From IMG/VR virus record IMGVR_UViG_3300025141_000031: DNA of 64,000 nt; one strand, given 5' to 3'. How positions within the stretch are numbered: position 1 is the first letter of the stretch; every line of letters begins with the position of its first letter. Source of the stretch: a virus. Shown piece by piece: positions 49,416 to 59,067 of this stretch. Under the pieces are notes generated by a model, which saw nothing but the letters and a program-made list of their open reading frames with translations, did no database searches and was not told the DNA's origin. Made by a program: the position numbers and the translations under genes.

Positions 49416-50516
49416 TTACTTTACAGGTTTTGACATAGTTAATTGTTTATCTGCAGGAAACCATTTATTTACTAATTTCATTCTTCTTTCTTTATGACCT
49501 GAACGTTCATTTTGTCCAAATTTGTGAACATAAGCCGTTAGTATTTTTTCAGGGTCCCATTTTAATCTTCTTGCTTGTTTTTTGAATCCACCATTTCCAT
49601 AACTATTAGAAACTCCAACTGCTATTGCTGCATGTCTATTTGTACTCCATCCACCTTCTGAGAATGCTGCCTTTACTGCACTTATTCTACTACCTTTACC
49701 TGCCCGTATTTGTTTTGGATTATTTTTTGGATCGTTTAGCCATTTTTTCATTCCGTTCCACCACCACTTATGAGAAGCTGATCCTGTACCATTATCATTT
49801 TTTCCTGATGGTGTTGTATTTTTATCATTTAATTTTTCCATGTATTTTGCAGATTTTCCAAATACCTTTTGTGTATCCATATACTTATATAAAGTATTTA
49901 ATCCTCCTTGTGCAAAGTGGAATATTCCTACAGTACCACCATCTAACTTAGTCATATCTGTATAGTCTTTACCTGAACCTCCTACAAAAGACTTTCCTCC
50001 TTCATGTGCTACTACTCCATATATTGCATCTTCCCAAAATTTATCCCAGTCATCTGATGTACCAACAACCTCTGGATCAGGAACAACATAATCTTTATCT
50101 ATAAAACTTTTTTCTTCTTTATTTCTTTCTGTTTTATTTAATTTTTTATTTTTTCTAGTAGTTCTACTACCACCGCCGCCGCCACCGCCGCCGCCGCCGC
50201 CTCCGCCGCCACCTCCGCCACCGCCACTGGAACTTGGAGGAGGAGTTGGTCCTTCAGGAAATGGTACTGCTGGTGTTGCTCCTGTAAAAGGAAATGATGG
50301 TGGTGGAGGTGCTGTCGCTCCCCATGGAAGTATTACTCCTTTATCTTTATACCATAACATTGCAATTGGACCTGATCGTACATATGTATCTATTGCATTT
50401 GAGAGGTCTCTTGCGATTTCTCCACAAACTTCAGATTTACCAGGACCTGATTTTACTTCTTGTCTTTTAAATGCTATATATATCATTGCCTGTAATGCTG
50501 CTGAATTTAATGGCAT
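49416..50516 (-). CDS. Adaptor module + poly-Gly linker + lysozyme-like domain
   Basis: VVAHEGG...DGGTVGIFHF lysozyme-fold-like pattern; VSNSYG. Confidence 0.6.
   Translation of the reverse strand: MPLNSAALQAMIYIAFKRQEVKSGPGKSEVCGEIARDLSNAIDTYVRSGPIAMLWYKDKGVILPWGATAPPPPSFPFTGATPAVPFPEGPTPPPSSSGGGGGGGGGGGGGGGGGGGSRTTRKNKKLNKTERNKEEKSFIDKDYVVPDPEVVGTSDDWDKFWEDAIYGVVAHEGGKSFVGGSGKDYTDMTKLDGGTVGIFHFAQGGLNTLYKYMDTQKVFGKSAKYMEKLNDKNTTPSGKNDNGTGSASHKWWWNGMKKWLNDPKNNPKQIRAGKGSRISAVKAAFSEGGWSTNRHAAIAVGVSNSYGNGGFKKQARRLKWDPEKILTAYVHKFGQNERSGHKERRMKLVNKWFPADKQLTMSKPVK
50168..50226 (-). repeat. (GGN)n poly-glycine tract
   Basis: About 20 Gly codons, mostly GGC; extreme GC island. Confidence 0.9.
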
Positions 50517-50519
50517 AAC

Positions 50520-51404
50520 CTAACTCCTATTTTCTATTTCCTTTTCTAAATCTGAAATCAATTGTCTTTCTGATGTAATTGGATTATAACCTCCTGGTGG
50601 TGGTGTAAAGGTTGCAGGAAATTCATCTGTTGAATGTTCTGAACCAAATTTAATTTGTTTAATTGCATATCTTTTCTGAGCAGAGGAAACACGTAATTCA
50701 TCTTCCATTAATAATGTTGCTTTAGTCCTTACTGGTAACGTAGCTTTTATTATTCTATCTTCTCCTGAGTTGTTCATTGTTTCAAATGAATAATCGTCTA
50801 TGTAGGTTGCAAATTTCCAACTTGTGCCCCAAGCAAATCCTCCGGTTGGCATTATCTGTTCTATAATACCATTTAATTGTTCTGTATATGATGTCCATAT
50901 TAATAATTCATATGTTACTTCAACAAATTCAGGAACGGATGTAATATAAAATTCTTTGGTTGGTTTAGCATTTGTTAATAATCCAAATCTATCATATGAA
51001 TTTGCTTGAGTAAATTTATTTTGTAATATCATTGCATTACCAGAAGGATTTTTATTAACATCTAATTTTTTTAATATATCTCTTTCTGCAATTGAATTTC
51101 TTCGTATACTAATCATTGGTGACATTAACTTTCCTTTGGCATCTCTTAAATAACCATGCTTCTGAACTTGACTCCATTTTTCACCATTTGCATACATTAC
51201 TGGAACGTCTATTACATTATCATCTTCTATTACAGTAGGTTTAATAATATCTCTAATATAAGATATTATTGCATAATCAACATCATAAATAGTACACGAT
51301 GGAGTTTTTATAGAGTCAGTATCTCTCCTTACCTCATCAGCGCGATTAAAGCTAGTATCAGGTGAAAATGAACTATACGTTTTATTTAATTTTAATTTAC
51401 CCAT
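50520..51404 (-). CDS. Tail sheath stabiliser / terminator (T4 gp15-like)
   Basis: VPVMYANGEKW, PMISI, YELLIW..EQI; follows neck genes. Confidence 0.7.
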   Translation of the reverse strand: MGKLKLNKTYSSFSPDTSFNRADEVRRDTDSIKTPSCTIYDVDYAIISYIRDIIKPTVIEDDNVIDVPVMYANGEKWSQVQKHGYLRDAKGKLMSPMISIRRNSIAERDILKKLDVNKNPSGNAMILQNKFTQANSYDRFGLLTNAKPTKEFYITSVPEFVEVTYELLIWTSYTEQLNGIIEQIMPTGGFAWGTSWKFATYIDDYSFETMNNSGEDRIIKATLPVRTKATLLMEDELRVSSAQKRYAIKQIKFGSEHSTDEFPATFTPPPGGYNPITSERQLISDLEKEIENRS

Positions 51405-51407
51405 TTA

Positions 51408-51947
51408 TTATAAATTCCTTGGTAATTGATATTCTTGATTAACTCCACCACTACGAACTTCAATTAAGTTTAATTTATTTCTTTGTGTTACATGTGCTTC
51501 ACATATTACCGCGACACTATATCCATGTTCATCTACTTGTCCTCTAACAAATCCTAATAATGTAGCAGGATTTCTTCCTCCAAAATATTGTGATGCGCCT
51601 ACTTTATCTATTTCATAATATTCATTATCCCAATTCAATATATCACCTTCTTCTACTATAATTGTTCTATCAACAAGATAATCTCTTGAAAATGCAAATA
51701 TACCAGTCCTAGTAGAATCTAATCCAAAATCTTCTGCAACAATCATTTTATCATCTTTTTGTACTATACATGGAACTACAATTGGATTATAATATTTTTT
51801 TGCAATTGATTCTCCGTAGATATTTTCTCGTGTTTCATCTAATACTAACTTATATAGTTCAATTTCTGTATCTATGATATTAACTATAAGTTCGTTATTA
51901 ATATGTCTTATAAGACTTGCATCTCTTCCTGAACCAAATAATGCCAT
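51408..51947 (-). CDS. Head closure / neck protein (gp14-like)
   Basis: NIYGE, FGLD, EEGDIL..YYEI; follows the gp13-like gene. Confidence 0.7.
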   Translation of the reverse strand: MALFGSGRDASLIRHINNELIVNIIDTEIELYKLVLDETRENIYGESIAKKYYNPIVVPCIVQKDDKMIVAEDFGLDSTRTGIFAFSRDYLVDRTIIVEEGDILNWDNEYYEIDKVGASQYFGGRNPATLLGFVRGQVDEHGYSVAVICEAHVTQRNKLNLIEVRSGGVNQEYQLPRNL

Positions 51948-51950
51948 AAT

Positions 51951-53114
51951 TTACCCTACATATATTTTAAGTGGTATTTTATTCATTTGTTGTTGTAACG
52001 AATCTGCTTCTGCTTGTTTCCTTTCTAACTGCATTTGTCTTGACATTGAATCAAGAATTTCTTTTAATTCTGTTATAAGAGATTCTTTTTCTGATTGTCC
52101 TGCCGATAATAAATCTGCTCCGTTTAATGTCACTTCCGAATTTGGAATTGGAATTGCAGAATATTTACCTCTAATAAATCCGAGCATTTCTTTTGCTAAT
52201 GCTAAAGTGTATTTTCTTATCCATTGTCTACCTGTTGAATTAACATTTGAATAAACTATATCTTCATATGGAACATTTGAATAATCTGATATTGTTCCGG
52301 TATTTCCTTTTAAAGGATTACTACGATCAGCTTTCTTGATATACTGGAAATATATTTTTGTAAATGCACTACCGTCTGGAATTGGCCATACTTGCATTCT
52401 ATCATTTAATATTTGAAATGAATATGCTGATTTTCTTATTTGATCATTAAATTCAATTCCTTGTAATCGTAATACATCTGCATACGCTGGCATCATCATA
52501 AATGATACTCCAGGAGAATAATTACCCCAACTAAATGAATCTAACATTTGTTGAGATCCTAATCCTGTGCCTATAAATGGATCAAAGTATCTTGCTATAG
52601 CAGGTGGTGCTTCATGATATACTCTTTTCAATTCAATTGAATCTGTTCCAGCTGTACCTGATTCTAATGATACTATAGAACTATCTGTTAAGTCATATAT
52701 TTGTTTACTTGATGTAACTGCTAATGAACCAGTATAATATGTTACATTACCTCCACTTCCAGCTTCTGTTCCGTATTCTTCTGCTAATTCTATTAATCCA
52801 CCTAAATTAGATGATACTTTTTGTTGGGTTAAATTACTACCTGTTGAAGCACCGAATAAGTTAACCATATTATCACGAATATTATATGTATTAACTTGAT
52901 TACCATATTCTGTTACAGCTTCTTCAAAGCAAGCAAAGAAATTTATATCCTGTAATTCAATATCAGTTAAAGGATATCCCATTCTCTTAGCACACCAATT
53001 TGCAGTATTATTTGCAGATGATGTAAAAGCATTATCTGTATCGTATAATCCGAATGGGGTACTACCCGCTGAAAATGATGATGACCCTGGCCAAATAGGA
53101 ATTTTTACTGCCAT
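51951..53114 (-). CDS. Neck protein (gp13-like)
   Basis: RMGYPLTDIEL, WIRKYTLALAKEMLG.IRGKY, VTLNG.DL. Confidence 0.8.
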   Translation of the reverse strand: MAVKIPIWPGSSSFSAGSTPFGLYDTDNAFTSSANNTANWCAKRMGYPLTDIELQDINFFACFEEAVTEYGNQVNTYNIRDNMVNLFGASTGSNLTQQKVSSNLGGLIELAEEYGTEAGSGGNVTYYTGSLAVTSSKQIYDLTDSSIVSLESGTAGTDSIELKRVYHEAPPAIARYFDPFIGTGLGSQQMLDSFSWGNYSPGVSFMMMPAYADVLRLQGIEFNDQIRKSAYSFQILNDRMQVWPIPDGSAFTKIYFQYIKKADRSNPLKGNTGTISDYSNVPYEDIVYSNVNSTGRQWIRKYTLALAKEMLGFIRGKYSAIPIPNSEVTLNGADLLSAGQSEKESLITELKEILDSMSRQMQLERKQAEADSLQQQMNKIPLKIYVG

Positions 53115-53160
53115 AATTTACCTTCTCTCTATTTTAATATAAATATGGAGAAACGAAAGA

Positions 53161-53685
53161 TTAAAGAGATATTTTGCCTGATGTTAATTGTATCAAGCCT
53201 CTATCTAATGAAGTAGATAATCCTGTATCAGTGATTTCGGAATCATATGATATTACTGCTTGGACATAATCATAATAAATGTCCTCTCCTGCAGCTATAC
53301 TATCCATTTTTAATACAGCCTTAAGACTGTTAGCTTGAGATGCAGTCCAATCAAAACCCCATAAATCTTCACCTTCTCCCCATGTTAATAATGTAGGACT
53401 TCCGGTATTAGTTTCATTACAAGACTTCCAGCTGGTGGTTTCTTCCCCATTCATTATAGCAAATTGCGGCATATTAACACCAGCAGAACCATAACCATAT
53501 GCATATAGTCTTATATCAGTAATAATTGCATCATGTGGAGCATCTAAAGAATCGAAAGCTAATATTATATTTTCTGATGAATCTGTAACTGATTCATTAT
53601 ATACTTTATCATCTGCAGCCCATGCAATGGCTGCATTAATCTCATCATTTACTGCTCCTGTTACATATGAAGTAGATGTTGCCAT
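53161..53685 (-). CDS. Hypothetical beta-rich structural protein
   Basis: 174 aa acidic protein after the fibre gene. Confidence 0.5.
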   Translation of the reverse strand: MATSTSYVTGAVNDEINAAIAWAADDKVYNESVTDSSENIILAFDSLDAPHDAIITDIRLYAYGYGSAGVNMPQFAIMNGEETTSWKSCNETNTGSPTLLTWGEGEDLWGFDWTASQANSLKAVLKMDSIAAGEDIYYDYVQAVISYDSEITDTGLSTSLDRGLIQLTSGKISL

Positions 53686-53687
53686 AA

Positions 53688-56201
53688 TTAACTATCAGAA
53701 CTTACTTCTACAGAAATATTAAAATACACTACTCTACCCCCAGTGTCATCTTTAATCATTGTCATTAATATATCACCAGCATTTACCTCAACTGTAGTTG
53801 TTTCATTGATAGTTTTTAATTTATCATTACCTAAAGCTGTCCATGTAACTTCGTCTATTAATACTGGAGCTACATCATTATTATTATCTTCAATTGGCCT
53901 TAATCTAACTAAAGCCAGTTTATGTTCTGCAGATGTTCCATTTGTATGAGCCCAACCTACAATTTTTGTAACAGTTCCTGTTCGAGTTACTATTTGTCCA
54001 CCAGCAAAAAAGAATGTTCTAACACTCATCGCGGTAGTTATTGTAGCGTTATGATCAGCAGTATGTTCTAATGGTGCTTTGGTATCATTCATAGTTTCAG
54101 CATACTCATAAACAGTATCAGCTGTGCTTTGATTAAAACCCATAAAATGATAATTTTGTCTATATAAATTATCAGCAACTATTGTTCCACTTCCGCTTAT
54201 ATTTGAACCTGTTATATTGCCTAAATTTTGTAATGAACTTGATATAGTTCCTGCAGGTGTTAATTCTCCTACTGCATATGTTGTATTTGTATCTGAAACT
54301 GTATTTGTAATTGTTACTGTTCCATCAGCTGTTGTTTCACAAGTAATTCCAGTACCTGCTGTGAACATTAAATCATCACCTTGCGTTATGGTAGTTGCGT
54401 TACTGTCAGTCGTTGCTGATACTGTAAACCCAGACCCCATGGTGTTTGTATCGTCATAATTATCTGCATGTATTGTACCAACACTATTAGTCCAATCTAA
54501 ATGTTCATTTGCTACAAAATTAGTTGTTGCATCATGATCTATTTGGGCAGAACTACTAATGATATTTGAAGCTTCTACTCTACCAAATGAACCTGTACCC
54601 GTTGCTATTATATTTCCACTAGCACTTATATCGCCTGATGCTGTTATATCACCTTTTATTCCATTGGTAGTTGATCCATCTGCTACATTTAGATTACCCC
54701 AAACTTTTAAGGTTCCATGTGGTGTTGAATTTTGTGTTCCATCGGTTGTTGGCCATAAATTAGAACCACTACCTATAGCAACATGATCTGTAAAATAGTT
54801 TAAGTTTTTATTTGATTTTCTTTGAGATGTCCAAATTTGATTTCCTATTTTATCTTTAATCTTAAATTCTACGTCATCCTGTGCATTATTAACTATAATA
54901 GAATGAGATGTTAAAGATATATATGAATTTCCATCAATATTTAGATTAATAGTATCATCACCGATTTCCATCCATTCTTGTAAGGCTGTACCTGTACCAT
55001 CCAACTTGCTTCTAAAAAATATTGATTCATTATTACTGGAAGGTGTTATTGCTGAACCAGGGGCCATTACTAGCCCAGTTGAATAAAGCTTTCCACTTGC
55101 ACTTATATTACCTGATGATGTTATATCTCCAAATAATACATTACTTGAAGTTACTGCAAAACTTCCAGTTTGTGTTTCTAATATATAAGAACCTGTTGTG
55201 GCTAATATTCCTTGTACATCTGAACCACTTGCGAATGAACCTGTTTGAGAATTTACAACAAATGAACCAGTATCTACTTGTAAAACATATCCCGATAAAT
55301 CTTGATCTCCTGTATTAGTACCACTTAAATTAGAACCTCCTATTGTTCCACTTGCACTTATATTTCCTGATGCTGTTATATTACCACTTGCACTTATATC
55401 ATTTGCGTTAATATATCCATTTACATTAAGTCCGGTTGATTTTGTTGTATCACCTTTTAATACATGAAATGAACCTGAATTTGCTGTAACTTGGTTTGAT
55501 TGTATTGTTCCACTTGCACTTATATCATTTGATGCTGTTATTGCACCTATAAATGAGGATTGTCCTGTAAGAGTATGTTTGTTTGTTGATACATTCCCTA
55601 ATATTGCTCTTCCATCGACTCGTAAATCTCCACCAGCTACATGTAATCTTTTTTGTGGTATAGATGTTCCAATTCCTAATTTATCAGACAACAATCTCAT
55701 TCTTTCAGTACCCGATATTGAGAATATAGTACCTCCACTTGATGGGCCATTAAGATATGTAGTTGTACTTGTTGAACCTAAGGCATGACTTGCAAGATCA
55801 TTTGATCTTCCTAGAGTGGATACAGCACCAATATTTCCTATATTCCATGTATATCCATTACTAGTAATTTTAACGGGACTCCCATTTCCCCCCTTTAAAT
55901 GTAAACTACCTGTAAATTTATGTGTATCATTTGTATCATCACCAAATTTGGTTGTTCCTGAGGCTGTTATATTAGTAACTGCTATTGAAGGTGTTCCGTA
56001 TAAACTATTTGCATATGAAGATGTTTCTGCATAAGATGATGAAGTCTCATAATTTACTTCAGTAATTGCATATGAAGCAGTCATCTTTAATGTTGGAACT
56101 AACGATCCAGTTCCATCGTATACTACTCCATCGTCACCGACAGTTAATACTCGTTTATAAGTATCCTGAATATTTTGGCCTGTTAAGTCTGGTAAAGCCA
56201 T
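53688..56201 (-). CDS. Fibre-like structural protein with ITASG.ISASG repeats
   Basis: Ser/Thr/Gly-rich; repeated ITASGNISASG and TGSF units; ERMRL..KLGIG. Confidence 0.7.
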   Translation of the reverse strand: MALPDLTGQNIQDTYKRVLTVGDDGVVYDGTGSLVPTLKMTASYAITEVNYETSSSYAETSSYANSLYGTPSIAVTNITASGTTKFGDDTNDTHKFTGSLHLKGGNGSPVKITSNGYTWNIGNIGAVSTLGRSNDLASHALGSTSTTTYLNGPSSGGTIFSISGTERMRLLSDKLGIGTSIPQKRLHVAGGDLRVDGRAILGNVSTNKHTLTGQSSFIGAITASNDISASGTIQSNQVTANSGSFHVLKGDTTKSTGLNVNGYINANDISASGNITASGNISASGTIGGSNLSGTNTGDQDLSGYVLQVDTGSFVVNSQTGSFASGSDVQGILATTGSYILETQTGSFAVTSSNVLFGDITSSGNISASGKLYSTGLVMAPGSAITPSSNNESIFFRSKLDGTGTALQEWMEIGDDTINLNIDGNSYISLTSHSIIVNNAQDDVEFKIKDKIGNQIWTSQRKSNKNLNYFTDHVAIGSGSNLWPTTDGTQNSTPHGTLKVWGNLNVADGSTTNGIKGDITASGDISASGNIIATGTGSFGRVEASNIISSSAQIDHDATTNFVANEHLDWTNSVGTIHADNYDDTNTMGSGFTVSATTDSNATTITQGDDLMFTAGTGITCETTADGTVTITNTVSDTNTTYAVGELTPAGTISSSLQNLGNITGSNISGSGTIVADNLYRQNYHFMGFNQSTADTVYEYAETMNDTKAPLEHTADHNATITTAMSVRTFFFAGGQIVTRTGTVTKIVGWAHTNGTSAEHKLALVRLRPIEDNNNDVAPVLIDEVTWTALGNDKLKTINETTTVEVNAGDILMTMIKDDTGGRVVYFNISVEVSSDS

Positions 56202-56210
56202 TTATAACCC

Positions 56211-56798
56211 CTATTTTGTTTTTGCTAATACGTTCAATACTCCGTTAATAACTTTCGATTTTGACGATTCATTTATTGGTTTGAATTGAGTATATGTAGC
56301 TATAACCTTATTTAATTTATCTTTCTTAATTGAAAGATTTTTTATATTAACATTTTCATGAATTAATAATTTCATTATATTTAATATATGTACTTTTTCT
56401 GCTTCCGTAATTGTTGGTTTTCTATGTTGTTTAACTTTTATAACTTGTACTTTTGGTCCTCTTGTTTCTACAATCGGCGTTTTAGTAGATTGTGATTTTA
56501 TCTCTACAGTTACCTTTTTACTTGCTTGTACCTCAAATGTAGTTTCCCATGGAGTGAAGAATGTATCTTCTGCAATTACTTCTAATTTAATATTTCCTTT
56601 ATTATTTTCATCAATAAGTCCTTTAAGTTTTTTAATCGGAACTTTACATTTTCCATCTGAACTAATAGATCCATTAAACATTAAACTATAATCATTAGTT
56701 TCTACTACTAATCTTGCATTTGAATTAGAAAGACTTGCTCCTTCTATTTTTATATCACATTCAAATAATTCTGCTTTATCTGTAAATAATTTATACAT
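56211..56798 (-). CDS. Hypothetical head-associated protein
   Basis: 195 aa; beta-rich N-terminal domain; IVE/ITE/INE possible protease sites. Confidence 0.55.
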   Translation of the reverse strand: MYKLFTDKAELFECDIKIEGASLSNSNARLVVETNDYSLMFNGSISSDGKCKVPIKKLKGLIDENNKGNIKLEVIAEDTFFTPWETTFEVQASKKVTVEIKSQSTKTPIVETRGPKVQVIKVKQHRKPTITEAEKVHILNIMKLLIHENVNIKNLSIKKDKLNKVIATYTQFKPINESSKSKVINGVLNVLAKTK

Positions 56799-56799
56799 T

Positions 56800-56958
56800 T
56801 TATTTCTCCATCCAACTATATGGTACTATTTTATTTAATTTCTTTTTACGTTTATCACATCCACAATCTTCACCTATAACTTTTTTTACAACTTTTTTGA
56901 TTCCGGTTGCTTTAGTTATACGTTCAATCGTATCTCCTAAACCTTTATCTTTTTTCAT
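56800..56958 (-). CDS. Small basic Cys-containing protein (52 aa)
   Basis: Not in track. MKKDKGLGDTIERITKATGIKKVVKKVIGEDCGCDKRKKKLNKIVPYSWMEK*; ATGA-coupled to the upstream gene. Confidence 0.7.
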   Translation of the reverse strand: MKKDKGLGDTIERITKATGIKKVVKKVIGEDCGCDKRKKKLNKIVPYSWMEK

Positions 56959-57281
56959 ACTTGTATATTTTCCACTTGTAATTTAACCGATGATTCTTCG
57001 ATTATAGTTTTTATTTCATTTATATGAACATTAATATTCTTTACTTCTTTAGATTCGTTATAAATTGTTATTCCTTTACGTTTCATAATTAATCTAATAA
57101 GTTTCTTTTTCTTCTCAGGATCTAATGCTTCTACTGCTGGTTGAACTAATCCTCCTGAAATTGCTACTGCTACTAGTTCTTGAACTACAGACCAAGTATA
57201 CCTATCTGCTGTACTATCAGTTGGGGCTAAATTCCATTTAAAATCTGCATTTTCCCACTTTATTTTATCTCCTAAAGCCAT
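56955..57281 (-). CDS. Hypothetical late protein
   Basis: 108 aa; class II promoter 5 nt upstream of the ATG. Confidence 0.6.
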   Translation of the reverse strand: MALGDKIKWENADFKWNLAPTDSTADRYTWSVVQELVAVAISGGLVQPAVEALDPEKKKKLIRLIMKRKGITIYNESKEVKNINVHINEIKTIIEESSVKLQVENIQV

Positions 57282-57304
57282 TTAATATAAATATGGATAA
57301 ACGT

Positions 57305-57331
57305 AAGAAAGGTGCCTAAAAAGGCACCCTT
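57305..57331 (-). terminator. Intrinsic terminator after major capsid gene
   Basis: GGTGCCT stem / AGGCACC followed by TTTCTT. Confidence 0.8.
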
Positions 57332-57372
57332 CAAACAATAAATCCTAATAAAATTAGTTATTTAACCAATTC

Positions 57373-59046
57373 TTATATAGTATCTAATCCATCTACATGA
57401 ATTTTACCATAGAATTCTGGTCTTACCATTTTCTTAGCATATCTAGTCATTACACCTTTTCTTGGAGTGAATGATGCTGGATCGTATACTAATGGAGTCA
57501 TGATAAGTGGAATATATGGTGCATAAACTGCTCCAGTTTCAAGGAATTGAGCTCCTCTATATCCCATTAATATAGTATTCTCAGTCATATAAGGATTCTT
57601 ATAAACTTGGAATCTATTATTAATAGCACCAACTTTTTGTACACCCATTGCAAATTGCATTTTGTCACCATCTGTATCAGCTGCATATCCTGGGATTGAT
57701 TCTAGGATAGTTGCTACAGTTGGAGAACATACTAGGAAGTTTGCTCCACCTCTTAAAGTTAATTGGTGAATTTTGTTCGAAACTTTTTGTACTTTTGTAC
57801 CTAAAGTTTGGAACCATGTACCTTGGTTGTAAGCTGCAGAATTACCTGCTGTATTAGCGAATACTGTAGTTGCAGAATTGTACTCATATCCTAGTCTTGC
57901 AGACCAGTAATCAGTTGTTTGAGCATTTTGCATTAACATATCTAATAATTCTAAATCAATTTCTTGCGAAACGTATTCAGATAACATACTAGTTAATTCA
58001 GCTTCAGCATCAATTGAATGATAAGCATTCAAGTCTTGAGCAAATTCTGGAGTCCAGATTGCTTTTAACTTTCTTGTCTTAGCAACAATTGCCTCAGATC
58101 TCATCTCCAAGTTAATTTCTGGAATATCTAAAGTAGATACACTAGTATTAGTTGGAGCTGAAGTATCTTCAAAGTCACCTCTTGAAGTATCACCTGGTTG
58201 TTTTTGATAAGTAACTACCGCATTCTGAATAGCTGGAGTTGCAGCTGCTGCTTTTACAACAAATGTTACTGTCGGAGTTGTACTAGTTTCATCATCTACA
58301 GTAGTAAACTGTGGATAATAAGTACTAATTCCTGAACCAGAAACTTGATAAGCTCTTACACCATTTGTATCTGCTAAATCTGAAGCTCCAAATTTCCAAG
58401 CAAGAGTTTGAATCTGACCGTGTAATACAGAAGCGGCTGCTAATGATGCAGAAAATTCTGCGTCATGGTTTGTTCCAGCTTCAAATGTAGTTTGACTAGC
58501 ATAAGAAGAAGTTACAATGTTAGTTCCAGCAGTACCAGCACCATTTACTAACGTACTAGTTGATGTTTCATTGATAGAATATCCGAATCTACCTGCACCA
58601 TAAAGACCTTCAGTAGCTACTGTGCCACCTTTATTGTCATCTGTTACACCGAATACGGAATCATTTTGTGAATCTTTACCAGAGTTTGTAGTAAATCCTG
58701 GTTGTGCAGTACCATACTTGAAATCTAAGAAGAATACAAGTCCAGATGGTAAGTTCATTGGTTGAACGCTTACAAAATCCTTTGCAGCGATCTCAGCAAA
58801 AATTCTTCTAACTAATGGTAGAGCTACCCCTGACCATTCTTCAGAATTTGCACTAGTTCCAGTTGCGTTAGCTTCTGATACTAATTGTTTTGCTTGGTTT
58901 TCCAATAGAACTGCCATTCCTGACTTTTCATATTCTTTACCTAAACCTTCAAGGAGTCCTGTTCTTTCCCATTTTCTAACTAAACCTGCAGTAGCAGCTT
59001 TTGACTTAGCAACGGAATCATTTGGCATTAATGAATTTATATCCAT
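57373..59046 (-). CDS. Major capsid protein (T4 gp23-like)
   Basis: LLENQ, PLVRR, VQPMNLPSG, AKTRKLKA.WT.E.AQDL.AYH..DAEAEL, YAPYIPL, MTRY. Confidence 0.97.
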   Translation of the reverse strand: MDINSLMPNDSVAKSKAATAGLVRKWERTGLLEGLGKEYEKSGMAVLLENQAKQLVSEANATGTSANSEEWSGVALPLVRRIFAEIAAKDFVSVQPMNLPSGLVFFLDFKYGTAQPGFTTNSGKDSQNDSVFGVTDDNKGGTVATEGLYGAGRFGYSINETSTSTLVNGAGTAGTNIVTSSYASQTTFEAGTNHDAEFSASLAAASVLHGQIQTLAWKFGASDLADTNGVRAYQVSGSGISTYYPQFTTVDDETSTTPTVTFVVKAAAATPAIQNAVVTYQKQPGDTSRGDFEDTSAPTNTSVSTLDIPEINLEMRSEAIVAKTRKLKAIWTPEFAQDLNAYHSIDAEAELTSMLSEYVSQEIDLELLDMLMQNAQTTDYWSARLGYEYNSATTVFANTAGNSAAYNQGTWFQTLGTKVQKVSNKIHQLTLRGGANFLVCSPTVATILESIPGYAADTDGDKMQFAMGVQKVGAINNRFQVYKNPYMTENTILMGYRGAQFLETGAVYAPYIPLIMTPLVYDPASFTPRKGVMTRYAKKMVRPEFYGKIHVDGLDTI

Positions 59047-59067
59047 TTTTTGTCTCCCTTTTTAATC

